From Eledone cirrhosa (taxonomy: Eukaryota): DNA of 64,000 bases. A program made the position numbers and the translations under genes. The stretch lies in NCBI GenBank assembly GCA_964016885.1, contig OZ024744.1:38502001-38566000 (forward strand), read 5' to 3'. Under the pieces are notes generated by a model that was given only the letters and a program-made list of their open reading frames with translations, searched no databases and was not told the origin of the DNA. This document shows, piece after piece, positions 38,737 through 50,218 of this stretch (positions within the stretch are counted from its first letter, which is position 1; each line of letters starts with the position of its first letter).

Positions 38737-41700
38737 ATGAACCTGGCAAAAGAAATAGAGAAAAACATTTTAGCCATCACCCAACACCATCCTTGCTGTC
38801 ACTAACACACAATCACAAAACAAGCCCCCTGCAACAGTCAAAACCAGCCACCACACTAGCCTCCACATTCTTACTCAATACACAAGGTATCAGCCCATAC
38901 ACCAATGCACAGAAATGGAAGATCCAATTCATTGAGGATTGGGTTGGTAACCATCCATTTCACATCCCCTTCCTCATTCTTACTGAAACCCACCTTGACA
39001 ACTCCCACTTGGAGACCGAAGTAAGAGTGAGAAATTTCACAACCATCCGTGCGAATCGTGTTGGCAGAAGGAAGGGTGGAACTGCCATTTTCCTGCATGA
39101 TTCCTTTACGGCAGATGGCAACACAACATTCTCTAATGGATACTGTGTATCAGTCACTGTGCACAATAAAGCCAATGACCTGACATTAGTTGGGCTCTAT
39201 AGGCCACCACAAACACCCATCATCTGTTTCAAAGAATGCCTCAACAGTATTAAATGCTTTATTAAACAGTGCCATTCTAGCAACATACTTTTGATGGGAG
39301 ACTTTAATCTACCCTGTGTCCATTGGTCTACATGTAGTTTGAAACCAGGCTCCACAGCCTCAACCACTGACAAATAGGCTGTCCAGTCACTTCTTGACTT
39401 CATGAATGAGTTTTTCTTGTCCCAACTTGTCCTTGCACCAACGAGGCATCAGGAGAACATTCTGGATCTAGTGTTTAGTAAGCACACTAACACTATACAT
39501 AATATTACAGTGGAAAAAAGCCTTCTCTCAGACCATGACATGGTTCTCTGTAACCTGAGATTCCACCAGCCGAAAGCTAATCCCAAGGTCCTCGATCCAT
39601 TTGATAACATGGATCTCCACAATGCCAAATGGGATGCAATTATGAACGAACTACCACATGTCGACTGGTCTTTTACACACGCACACACTTCCACCAACAT
39701 CAAAACATCTTGGCAGATCTTTGTAGACACTGTGACAAATATATGTACAAAACACACCCCACCAAAGCCTGTGAACAAAACCAAGTGCAGTATCCCCCAA
39801 AAAAGAAAAACAATTATCAGAAAAATAAAAAGTACAAACAAAAAAATTAACACACTAAAATACTGCCAACAGCAACACACACATTCAATGGCTATCACCC
39901 TGCTTGAGTCAAACAAATATAACCTCCAGCAATGCATGATGACCATCATCAATAACCAGAGAATATCTGAAGAGAGGTGGGCCATTGAGAAAATAAAACT
40001 CAACCCCAAAGTGTTCTTCTCATTCGCTAAAAAACACATGGTTACCGTCTCCACTGTTGGTCCCCTAGTTGATGAAAATGGCACACTCCAGGACAATGCC
40101 AAAACCATGGGCGAGATACTGCAGAAACAATACTGCTCTGTTTTCAGCAACTCTGATATGGCCGATCTGGGCCGTATCAGTGATATTAACCCCCAACACA
40201 CTATATCAGACATAACGTTTGGCGCCCCTGATGTCTTAGATGCAATAAACGAAATTAAATACAATTCAGCAGTAGACCCCGACAGGTTCCCTGCTTGTGT
40301 CCTGAAGGTATGTCGACACCAACTTGCAACTCCACTTGCTAATCTGTGGAGGAACTCACTGGACACTGGCTATATTCCTGAAAACTTTCTGTCCCAGTCC
40401 GTTGTCCCAGTCTTCAAAAAGAGAAATAAATCCCTTGCAGTGAACTACCGTCCGATCTCAATCACCTCTCATATTATCAAGGTATTTGAGAGGGTGGTGA
40501 GATCACGAATAACCCACTTTCTTGAAAGCAACGGCCTGCTGAACTCCAACCAACATTGATTCCGTAATGGAAAGGACTGCCTAACGCAGCTCCTGCATGA
40601 CTTTGACGATGCTTTGAGAGCCTTGGGAGAGGGCTCCAACACTGATGTCATCTACCTTTATTTCAGCAAGGCCTTCGACAGGGTTGATCATTAAATTTTA
40701 CTGAAAAAACTATCCAATGTTGGTGTCTCTGGAAGGTTACTACAGTGGATCAAATGTTTCCTGACAGGCAGAACCCAGCATGTTGTAGTCGAAGGAGTAA
40801 AATCAAGCCCTGCCAAAGTCAGCAGTGGCGTCCCACAAGGCACTGTGTTGGGCCCACTTCTTTTCATCATCTACATTAATGACATTACTGACATCATCAA
40901 ACACAGTAACATCAGAATCTTCGCAGATGATTCCAAGCTCCAAAGGGTCATCAATGAGGTGGGTGACCGGACTTGCCTTCAGTCAAACCTACTGGCTGTT
41001 ATCCAATGGGCAGAGATGAATAATATGCTGTTGAATGAGGATAAATTTGAACTAATCTACTTTGGAAAAAAAGGATGCCCTGAAACTACCATACTCTCTT
41101 CCTTCGGGTGAAACTCTAGTGGCTTCCAATAACATCAGAGACCTGGGAGTAACTGTGGACAACAATATAAGCTGGGCCACTCATATAAACAGCAAAGTTG
41201 ATATGACCCGCAGAATGTGTTCCTGGATTCTCAGAACTTTCCACTCGAGAGATATCCACACTGTTGTCCTTCTCTTCTCCACTTTTGCCCGACCCCACCT
41301 TGAATACTGTTGTCCACTGTAGTTACCCCACACGAAACAAAGTATCATGAAAGTTGAAACACCCCAAAAGTCAATTACAAAAAAGATAGTTGGCATGACA
41401 GACCCTGACTATTGGGGTCGATTAGAAAAGCTCAAACTTTATTTTCTTCAACGTCGCCGTGAGTGCTACATTATCTGTATGATGTGCAAAATATTCCATC
41501 AGCTTAGCCCAAATGATATTGGCATCACCTTTAGTGTACACCCAAGGCTTGGGCCCCGTCTATCCGCCCACGACAAAAATCGCACTCGCATCACATAACA
41601 ACAATACGGCACAATTATTTCACCTCAATTGGCCCTGCACTCTTTAACATTACACCAAAACACAACAAAGCAGAGACAGACCCCATCAAGTTCAAGAAGT

Positions 41701-41890
41701 CTTAGGATAAATTCCTTCAAGAAATCTCGGATAAGCCTCCTACACCCGGATATGCCTCCGTAAACAATAACTCTCTGCTCGAGTGGGTTATGGTGCCCAA
41801 ACTCTGATTTGTAAGACTTCGCCAGGTGGTGCTATTAAGTTAGACATGGCCTGGGACAATACTGGCCGAAACCTATCAAAGTTATCAAAG

Positions 41891-41893
<3 letters not shown>
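38737..41893 (+). mobile_element. CR1/L2-group LINE ORF2 (APE + RT), near full ORF2, degenerate
   Basis: ILTETHL, YRPP, GDFNLP, LDLVF, SDH, NYRPISIT, FSKAFDRV, GVPQGTVLGP, FADD, RPHLEYC; ends in a TATCAAAGT tandem tail; flanked by (TA)n. Confidence 0.9.
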
Positions 41894-41950
<57 letters not shown>

Positions 41951-41954
<4 letters not shown>

Positions 41955-42136
41955 CGAGGGGAATGTGGTAAGGAACCAGGTGGACCATAACGCACCAAAG
42001 TACTCAATACTTAGGGTAGTAGAGTGGGTAATAGGAACAAGTAAGACCCCGACGGCTGAGCTCAAGCCGTTTCGACGGCTAGTCCAGAATTAGCCGTCGA
42101 AACGGCTTGAGCTCAGCCGTCGGAGTCTTACTTGTT

Positions 42137-42141
<5 letters not shown>
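41951..42141 (-). mobile_element. Family F fold-back mini-element (best-preserved copy)
   Basis: 51-bp arms 42031-42081/42091-42141 with 1 mismatch and a 9-nt loop; 80-nt tail; (TA)n on both sides. Confidence 0.8.
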
Positions 42142-42178
<37 letters not shown>

Positions 42179-42314
42179 AAAGTTAAACAAGGTTCAATGA
42201 ATAAATCAAAGAATGAGTTTTACAATAGATTGGAAGCACTCAATATATTGGTTTTCCAGAGTTATTAATATTAATTCAAAATATTAACAAAATAGATATT
42301 CTTGTGATCAAGTA

Positions 42315-42381
42315 TATTTTATTATACATATTTCAGAGGTACTGAGTTAAGTTCAACAGTACGCCCTCATCAGATAAAATA
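42315..42381 (-). ncRNA. Minimal type I hammerhead motif (left arm of inverted repeat)
   Basis: Reverse complement of 42431-42497 with one substitution. Confidence 0.7.
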
Positions 42382-42430
42382 TGACTGAATCTTAACCATC
42401 TACCATGTCAGGGTATGTCATGCATCATCT

Positions 42431-42497
42431 TATTTTATCTGATGAGGACGTACTGTTGAACTTAACTCAGTACCTCTGAAATATGTATAATAAAATA
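42431..42497 (+). ncRNA. Minimal type I hammerhead motif (right arm)
   Basis: TATTTTAT-CTGATGA-GGACGTACTG..CAGTACCTCT-GAAA-T ATGT A-TA/ATAAAATA. Confidence 0.7.
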
Positions 42498-42966
42498 TAC
42501 TTGATCACAAGAATATCTATTTTGTTAATATTTTGAATTAATATATATATATATATACAAATAAATGATCGAGAATCGGAATCTCGGCCCACGAAATAAC
42601 GAAACACAATCTTCGAAATGCATGGCAAAGGGCTCATTGGATAAACCAGAGCTATAACTATCGTTTAAATACCAACACATAGAGACAATGCTTAAAATCA
42701 TTCGCACAGCCGAAAAAACGACCAGGAAAATTCGGGTCATACAAATAATAAATTAATAAATTAAATGAATGAAAAATCTTACCCGGACCCGCTAGAAGGA
42801 TGTTAAATTCTAGCTTTTTGGGTTTCCGCGGTTCCTTAATCAATTACCGTCAGCCTACATAAAAAATATATCTGACTTCTGGCAAAAAGATGAACGAGGA
42901 AACCACTTTCTCAGCAGGCATTTCGTTCAAAAATACAGAGGCACCCGTTACTAAACGCACGTGGGG

Positions 42967-43013
<47 letters not shown>

Positions 43014-43216
43014 ATTTATGTATATGTATATAATTTATAATAGGTTGTTTACCAATGGATAGAACTGGTTGGTAAACCATGATGCAACAAATTAATTAAA
43101 GCACTCAACGTTATGCAAGCTATCAATCCTAGAATTGGTAACCAGTGGTTGGTGCAGGACTGGAGTAAACTGTTCTTTAAAACAACTGGAAAATTTAATT
43201 TAGAATTTTAATAACG

Positions 43217-43296
43217 CGAAATCACTATACGTGTTTCGATGGTCCAGCTCCATCATACGATTATGATGTAAGACAAGACGATCTCATCAGGTTTCG
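43217..43296 (-). ncRNA. Probable hammerhead motif, imperfect stem I
   Basis: CTGATGA-GATCGTC...CATCATA ATCG TATGATG...GACCATC-GAAA-CACGTA. Confidence 0.5.
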
Positions 43297-43469
43297 TCTG
43301 CATTGTGTAACAGGATTGCGTTGAACACACATATAGAATGGAAGATAGAGAAAAAGAAAAAGAAAAAGAAAAAGAAAAAGAAAAAGAAAAAGAAAATAGA
43401 AAATTCGATTCGGGGACGGCCTGCAAATATGGTGTTATATTGATAGACTGTCCCTCGAATTCGTGGTAC

Positions 43470-43960
43470 CTGATACAAACATACTTCTCTTGAATCTTGT
43501 GATATCAGGTGGAGGAATAGAGTTATTTGGGGATCTTGAGATCAAAACCACAACAAAGTCGAACACAACAGCCCTGATATTGTTTTAAAAACAAACAAAC
43601 CCCCCAAATGGATTCTAATTGATATTGCCATCCCTCAAGACCACAATGTGGCTGAAAAGGAAATGGAAAAGATTAATAAGTATGTCGACCTCGTAGACAT
43701 TATTAGAACCAAGCACCATGTAGAGACAGAAGTTGTGCCAATTGTCAGTGGGGAGCTATGGATGGTCCCTAAATGTCTTACAACTTTCATCAAGTTGGGA
43801 TCCCCGACTTTATAGGCAATGTCGGAATTTCTACCATCTCTAGCACTGCCAGAATCCTACGCGATATATTGAACCTCTGAAATAAGGGGCTGATCAGAAG
43901 CCAATTAACACGTTGCACCTACCAACCGTTTGCTAGAGAAAACTTACAAAAGAAAAAAAA
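43470..43960 (+). mobile_element. Third RLE-type LINE 3' fragment (Dong/R4-like, D3)
   Basis: Encodes HNSPDIV...LIDIAIPQD...EKINKYVDL...VVPIV; preceded by (GAAAAA)n at 43350-43395. Confidence 0.65.
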
Positions 43961-43974
43961 TATTATTTTTTTAT

Positions 43975-45230
43975 TTTCATTTATCTTGCTTTATGCTCAT
44001 ACGAGTTATAACCAAGTCACAACCAGTGACCTCAAGAGACAACAAGGTCCGCCTTGTTCAAGAAAAAAAAACACACACATACATGTATCTTTAGGTGTTT
44101 ACACTTGTGATGTATTTATATAGACAGAATCTTCCTTAGTATATGGGCAGTTCCCATTAGTACTATCTTTAGTTTCCTGAGATTTAGGATAAGTATCATT
44201 AGACCCATTAGGTATCATTCCTAGAACGCCTACAACCCCTGGTATTGTTTTAGTTCTCAACTTCCACATTTTCCGACCTCTATTTCCAGGTCTATATGTT
44301 TGCTCATTTTTCAAATGTTTTTATAGATACATTCTTGTCTACTGGAACGGACATATCAATTAGCAGGCATACCCTCTTTTTAAAGTCCTTCAGTATTATA
44401 TCAGGTCTATTTGCATCTATTTTTCGGTCTGTTTGTATACTAAAGTTCCACACGATTGAGATGTGATCTTTTTCAAGTACGGGAGCTGGTTGATGCTCCC
44501 ACCAATTCTTTTGATGTCAAAATACTTACACATTACCCAATGTATGTATTGTGCAGCTCTGGCGTGCCTGTGTAGTTATTCAGTTGAAGCTATAGGGTTG
44601 CACATTGAAATTATATGATCAATGGTCTCTGGTTGCTTTTACATACCCGGCATAATGGGTTGCATCGATGTTTTATGATGATTTTTTTGTTGACAGACAC
44701 TGATCCATTTTTTATGCTAATTTTTGTGTTGTCAGACACTGATCTTGTACTGATATAATCAGTCATTCAGTCTCCGATTTCAGTCCAGAGGATGCCAACC
44801 ACTGATGGGTTAAAGTTTTGTCAACATCAAAATTGTTAGCTCTTTCTGAGTATTTTCCATACAGAGGCTTTTCTTGCCATATCTTAGCCAGTTTCTGTAG
44901 CAGTTCTTTCTTTGCAGTTACTTTTACCTGCTTTGCTTTTTCTGTGATTTTCATTTCAGCAGTAAAGGGAACTTCTGAAAGTTCATTATTGTATCTATGT
45001 GCATCTTATGTAATGGAGTATAATCTTTTGTTGGTTTCATGTTTTAAAATGTTTTAACCATTCCCTTAGATATGTAGATAATTCAATGTTGCAGTTTTTA
45101 ACGCAATATCTAACTGGATTAACCCACGACCTCCTTCTTTCCTAGGGAGGTATATTCTATCTGTATCTGCCTTAGGGTGATGCATTTTGTGCATGGTTAA
45201 GAATTTTCTAATTTTCGTATCGAGTTTGCG
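43975..45230 (-). mobile_element. Dong/R4-like D1 3' fragment
   Basis: Reverse-complement homolog of ~7090-8250. Confidence 0.85.
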
Positions 45231-45244
45231 AACTAATCAGTGAA

Positions 45245-45995
45245 CCATGTATAACTTCCAAAAGTCCCTCATTTGGCAGTGCTAGCGGGGGGGGGGGGGC
45301 ATTGCCGGTTCGAGATAAACTCTACAGGTACGGAAGTGCTGTCTGATGACCTACCTGAGATGCGCGCAGAGCGACGAAACCGTTCTGCACACACTCGTCC
45401 AATGTCTTTGCATTACTGACTTGTGGAGTTATGTTGAAGAGCTGGTGTCGCGTGTTGAACGGATCCTGCTATCGGCCAAGTCCATTGTGAAGATCTACCC
45501 ACCGCCTTCTTCTGGCCAGGAAAGGCAGGCAATTTTCCTGTCTGGTGGCAGTAGCGAAAGAGGTTGTAAGGTGAACCAAGTTGAACGGATTGGAGACAGA
45601 CACTTTTCTCTTCGGCAAATCCCTCATCAACTTTATCAAATTTCACTTAGAAAGGAAGGTGGGGGTGGAAAGAGAAGTGCTGCCCCCAGTACGTTTTCTG
45701 AAAGGTCGGTGAATGTGGCGAGAATGGCCCGTGTGAGTGAGCCTACTTTCATTATGCGCCTGTAGGCTGGTGAATTTGAAGAGGGGAGGGGTGCCCTTGA
45801 AGCGTCGGGTGGTTCAGGATTGGTAGGGTACCTGAATCAACCCTGGGTGGTTATCCCCCAATTGGGGAATTTTTAATTGTTGTATTTTTCTTGTTTATTG
45901 ATTATGTTTTCTTATTTCTTACTAGATTTGTATGTAAAACCCCCACTGTCCCCGTCTATTGTCCTCTATATGTCGGCCCTTATGGCTAATGATTA
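45245..45995 (+). mobile_element. Tx1/L1-like LINE 3' fragment, diverged
   Basis: DLWSYVEELVSRV; 3' end GGCCCTTATGGCTAAT-(ATT). Confidence 0.78.
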
Positions 45996-46000
45996 TTATT

Positions 46001-46380
46001 AAGTGGATTGGCAGTATCAGTAGAAGGTCGGAGGCCATGCTTTCCAGCATAGTTACGTCCCTTTACGATCTGAGTTCAAATCCCGCCGAGGTTTACTTTG
46101 CCTTTCATCCTTACGGGGTCGATAAAATAAAGTACCAGTAATGTACTGGGATAATTGCTGGCCTTGTGCCAAAAGTAGAAACAATTATTAATAATAATAA
46201 TAATAATAATTATTATTATTAAGGGCGGTGAAGTAGCAGTATCGGTAGAGGCTCGGACGCCATGCTATTCTGAGTCAAATCCCGCCGAGGTTAACTTTGC
46301 CTTTCATCCTTGCGAGGTCGATAAAATAAAGTACCAGTAATGCACTGGGTAATTGCTGGTCTTGTGCCAAAAGTAGAAAC

Positions 46381-46385
<5 letters not shown>
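46001..46385 (+). mobile_element. Two SINE S1 copies separated by AAT/ATT repeats
   Basis: 46001-46185 and 46222-46382; boxes, core and tail present. Confidence 0.88.
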
Positions 46386-46407
<22 letters not shown>

Positions 46408-46411
<4 letters not shown>

Positions 46412-47422
46412 GCATTTATCTTGCTTTATGTTCCTACGAGTTATCACCAAGTCACAACCAGTGACCTCAAGATACAACAATGTCCGCCATGTTCAAGAAA
46501 GAACATACATACACACACATGCATCTTTAGGTGTTTAGACTTTTGATGTACTTATATTGACAGAATCTTCCTTAGTATATGGGCAGTTCCCATTAGTACT
46601 ATCTTTTGTATTTCTCCTATACGCGGGTTTCCTGGGATTTGCGATAAGTAATCATTAGACCCCTTAGGTATCATTCCTAGAGCGCCTACAACCACTGGTA
46701 TTGTTTTTGTTCTCAATTTCCACATTTTTCCAATTTCTATCTCCAGGTCCTTATACTTACTCAATTTTTCAAATGTTTTTATAGATACAATCTTGTCTAT
46801 TGGAACGGACATATCAATTAGCAGGCATACCCTCTTTTTAAAGTCCTTCAGTATTATATCAGGTCTGTTTGGATGCTAAAGTTCCACAAGATTGAGATGT
46901 GATCTTTTTCAAGTATGGGAGGTGGTTGAAGCTCCCACCAATTCTTTTGATGGGGCAGGTCAAAATGCTTAAACATTATCCAATGTATGTATTGTGCAGC
47001 TCTGTCATGCCTGTTTATGTATTCGGTTGGAGCTATAGGACTGCACATTGAAATTATATGATCAATGGTCTCTGGTTGTTTTTTACATACACGGTATAAT
47101 GGGCTGCATCCATTTTTTATTATGTTGGCTTGGTCATTTTGTGTTTGCAGACACTGATCTTGTACTGATATAATCAGTCCTTCAGTCTCCAGAGGATGCC
47201 AACCACTGATGGGTTAAAGTTTTGTCAACATCAGGATTGTTAGCTCTTTCTGGATATTTTCCATACAGATGCTTTTCTTGCCATTTCTTAGCCAGTTTCT
47301 GTAGCAGTTCTTTCTTTGCAGTTACTTTTACCTGCTTTGCTTTTTCTGTGTTTTCCCAGCAGTAAATGGGACTTCTGAAATTTGTAGTCCATTACTGTAT
47401 TTTTGTGCATCTTTTGTAATGG
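46408..47422 (-). mobile_element. Dong/R4-like D1 3' fragment
   Basis: RHDRAAQYIHW, EKLSKYKDL; (ATT)n on both sides. Confidence 0.88.
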
Positions 47423-47423
47423 A

Positions 47424-47465
<42 letters not shown>

Positions 47466-47682
47466 AGGCGGTGGATTGGCAGTATCCTTAGCGCGTGGGA
47501 TATTATGCTTATAGTTATAGTTACGGCCCTTTACGGTCTGAGTTCAAATCACACCGAGGTTAGCTTTACTTTTCATCCTTACGGGGTCGATAAAATAAAG
47601 TACCAGTAATGTACTGGGGTCGATCTAATCGACTTTCCCCTCTCCCCAAATTGTTGGCATTGGGCCTAAATCAGAAACTATT
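47466..47682 (+). mobile_element. SINE S1 (long-tail subfamily)
   Basis: Boxes, core and GTCGATCTAATCGAC hairpin; ends in (ATT)n. Confidence 0.85.
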
Positions 47683-48761
47683 ATTATTATTATTGTTGTT
47701 GTTGTTTTTTGCCATTGTTCTTGTTATCGCAGTTGATGTTTTTTTATAATTCATGTTATTGTTGTTATTGATTACTTTGTTTTTGGTGGTGGGAGAGATT
47801 TAGTGGTGATATTGGTCCTGATGACGAAGGTATTTTGTATCTCGGTAATAATTTTCACACATTTTCCTTATTTATGGAAGAGATACGTTTATTCTATTTT
47901 TTCTTGTCAATATCGTTGAGAAAGTTAACACGCAATACTGAAATGCGGTTTTCCTTTTGATGACAATAACATACGACTTTGTATCATCGTTAAAATCCTT
48001 GTGTTTTTGTAAAAATCCATATTTTCGTCTCAAAAATAAACATTCATTTCAAGTATGGCATGATAACATTCGCGGTGAAGAGAGGTGAGAAAAATTCTCA
48101 GGTGTAGCTATGTGTGAAATTAAACGCTGCATAGCTCTCAACTTTACAAATATACAGTGGTGTGGCCGGCCTAGCAACTACAGGCTTTGATCTCAATGCT
48201 ACAACAAATTCAACTGTTTCTATGACGTTACTGTATAAGGACGAGCAGTAGCAAAAAGAAAAAAAAAACAAGAACAGTAGTAATAACAAAACACCGAAAA
48301 TGCCATGACTATATATTTGCCTGTGCAACAAGCAAATGGTCAACCCACATTCCCAAAGAAAACGCAAAAACCATTGATAAATAGAAAGGTGATATTGTAC
48401 GCATCATCTGTGGCGTAACATACCAATATCGCATAACAAATGCAGAAATTTTCACACAAACAGAGCAGTTACATCTCTATGCTCACGTTCGAAACCGGTG
48501 ATTGATATGGATTGGTCATCAAATCCGCCATCCAATTAGCAATTTCTATGCTGAGTGTCTTCTGCTACATAACTACCAGGAAGTAGTCGCAAGAGACAAT
48601 GACCGAAGACCACATTCCAAAGAATGGTCACAAAAGAACTGAATGCAAAAGTCACTACAATTCAGCAAAATAGCCAATGATGAAATCGCTTGGGTGGCTT
48701 TTATTTTATCTTTCTCATGACATTATGACATTATGTTAATGTGCTTTATTATTTCATTTGA

Positions 48762-48870
48762 GTTCAAATCCCGCCGAGGTTAACTTTGCCTTTCATCCTT
48801 ACGGGGTCGATAAAATAAAGTACCAGTAATGTACTGGGTAACTGCTGGCCTTGTGCCTAAAGAAGAAACA
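48762..48870 (+). mobile_element. 5'-truncated SINE S1 with 14-bp TSD
   Basis: ATTATTTCATTTGA at 48748-48761 and 48871-48884. Confidence 0.88.
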
Positions 48871-49256
48871 ATTATTTCATTTGAAATAATAAATATTGAT
48901 TGATTGATTGTACGACTTTAGGTGATGGGGATTTTGATCAAGGATGTGAACACAACCCAAAGAAAGAAGAGTTGTATACAAATTTTATATGCTGTATATG
49001 TGGTAGGCTGCTGTTCTCGATATCAGAGAAAACCGAAAAATATCCGGATGAAGCGCAACTTGAAGTATTTTATGAATCCAGCAAGAAACAATACATGACG
49101 GTGTCTGAAGCAATATGCAGGTAACCTGATCAAAGCTCACAGCTACATGATCACACTCTATGTAGGACGTCGTGTGACCAACGTCAGGATCATCAACGTG
49201 CTGTTAGATAGGTATCAGGCCAGAATAAGATATAGAAAAGGAAAGATATCAATAAT

Positions 49257-49443
49257 TGTTTCTACTATTGGCACAAGGCCAGAAAATTACCCAGTACATT
49301 ACTGGTACTTTATTTTATCGACCCCGTAAGGATGAAAGGCAAAGTTAACCTCGGCGGGATTTGAACTCAGAATGGCAAGGGCCGTAACTCTATGCGTCAA
49401 AGCATGGCGTCCGAACCTCTACCGATACTGCCAATCCACCGCC
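49257..49443 (-). mobile_element. Full-length SINE S1 with 18-bp TSD
   Basis: AGGAAAGATATCAATAAT at 49239-49256 and 49444-49461. Confidence 0.92.
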
Positions 49444-49674
49444 AGGAAAGATATCAATAATATGAAGCAAATAGAATGGCAATGGAGGAAGATTACAGGG
49501 AAATAACATGACTCAAATATACCCCTAGCAGAACTGAAAGGGGACGTGGGTTGTTCTACTGAATGAGGCATTTACATTTTTCGAAGTGCCTTATCCCGCA
49601 TGTCTTTACCACTATTTGTTTAATCTTTCCATTCACTTCATGGGTGTCTTGTTTATTGTTAATATTACAGTTAT

Positions 49675-49856
49675 GTGGATTGGCAATATCGGTAGAGGGT
49701 CTGACGCCATGCTTTGAAGCATAGAATTACCTCCCTTTATGATCTGAGTTCAAATCCCGCCGAGATTAACTTTGCCTTTCATCCCTACAGGGTCGATAAA
49801 ATAAAGTACCAGTAATACACTGGGATAATTGCTGGCCTTGTGCCTAAAGTAGAAAC
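49675..49856 (+). mobile_element. SINE S1 with 14-bp TSD
   Basis: AATATTACAGTTAT at 49661-49674 and 49857-49870. Confidence 0.9.
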
Positions 49857-50022
49857 AATATTACAGTTATTTGATATTTAAGTTGATTTTTATTTTTCCT
49901 GTTAGGTCTTCTCTTCAATTTTACTATATAAAGATAGACCTTTCCTTTTTATTTCCATTTTATGTAGTTTATTTGTTTTCGTTTTTTTCTTAGGCTGAGA
50001 GTAACATTACTAAATGTTTTTA

Positions 50023-50218
50023 CAGACCTGCCTAACCTCTAAAAACCTAAACAGGGTGTACCATTAAAAAAGTACCCCCAAACGGGGAGAAATGAGGCAA
50101 AATGGGGAGATTTTACATAATGAAAGCTTTTACCCAATTTCTAAAGAGAAGACATCTCTCACTCAACTCAAATTGGGTGGGAGATCTCCCCGTCGGACAG
50201 GGAGAGTTGACAGGTCTG
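50023..50218. mobile_element. MITE with ~16-bp TIRs
   Basis: TA|CAGACCTGCCTAACCTCT...GGAGAGTTGACAGGTCTG|TA; superfamily not determined. Confidence 0.65.
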
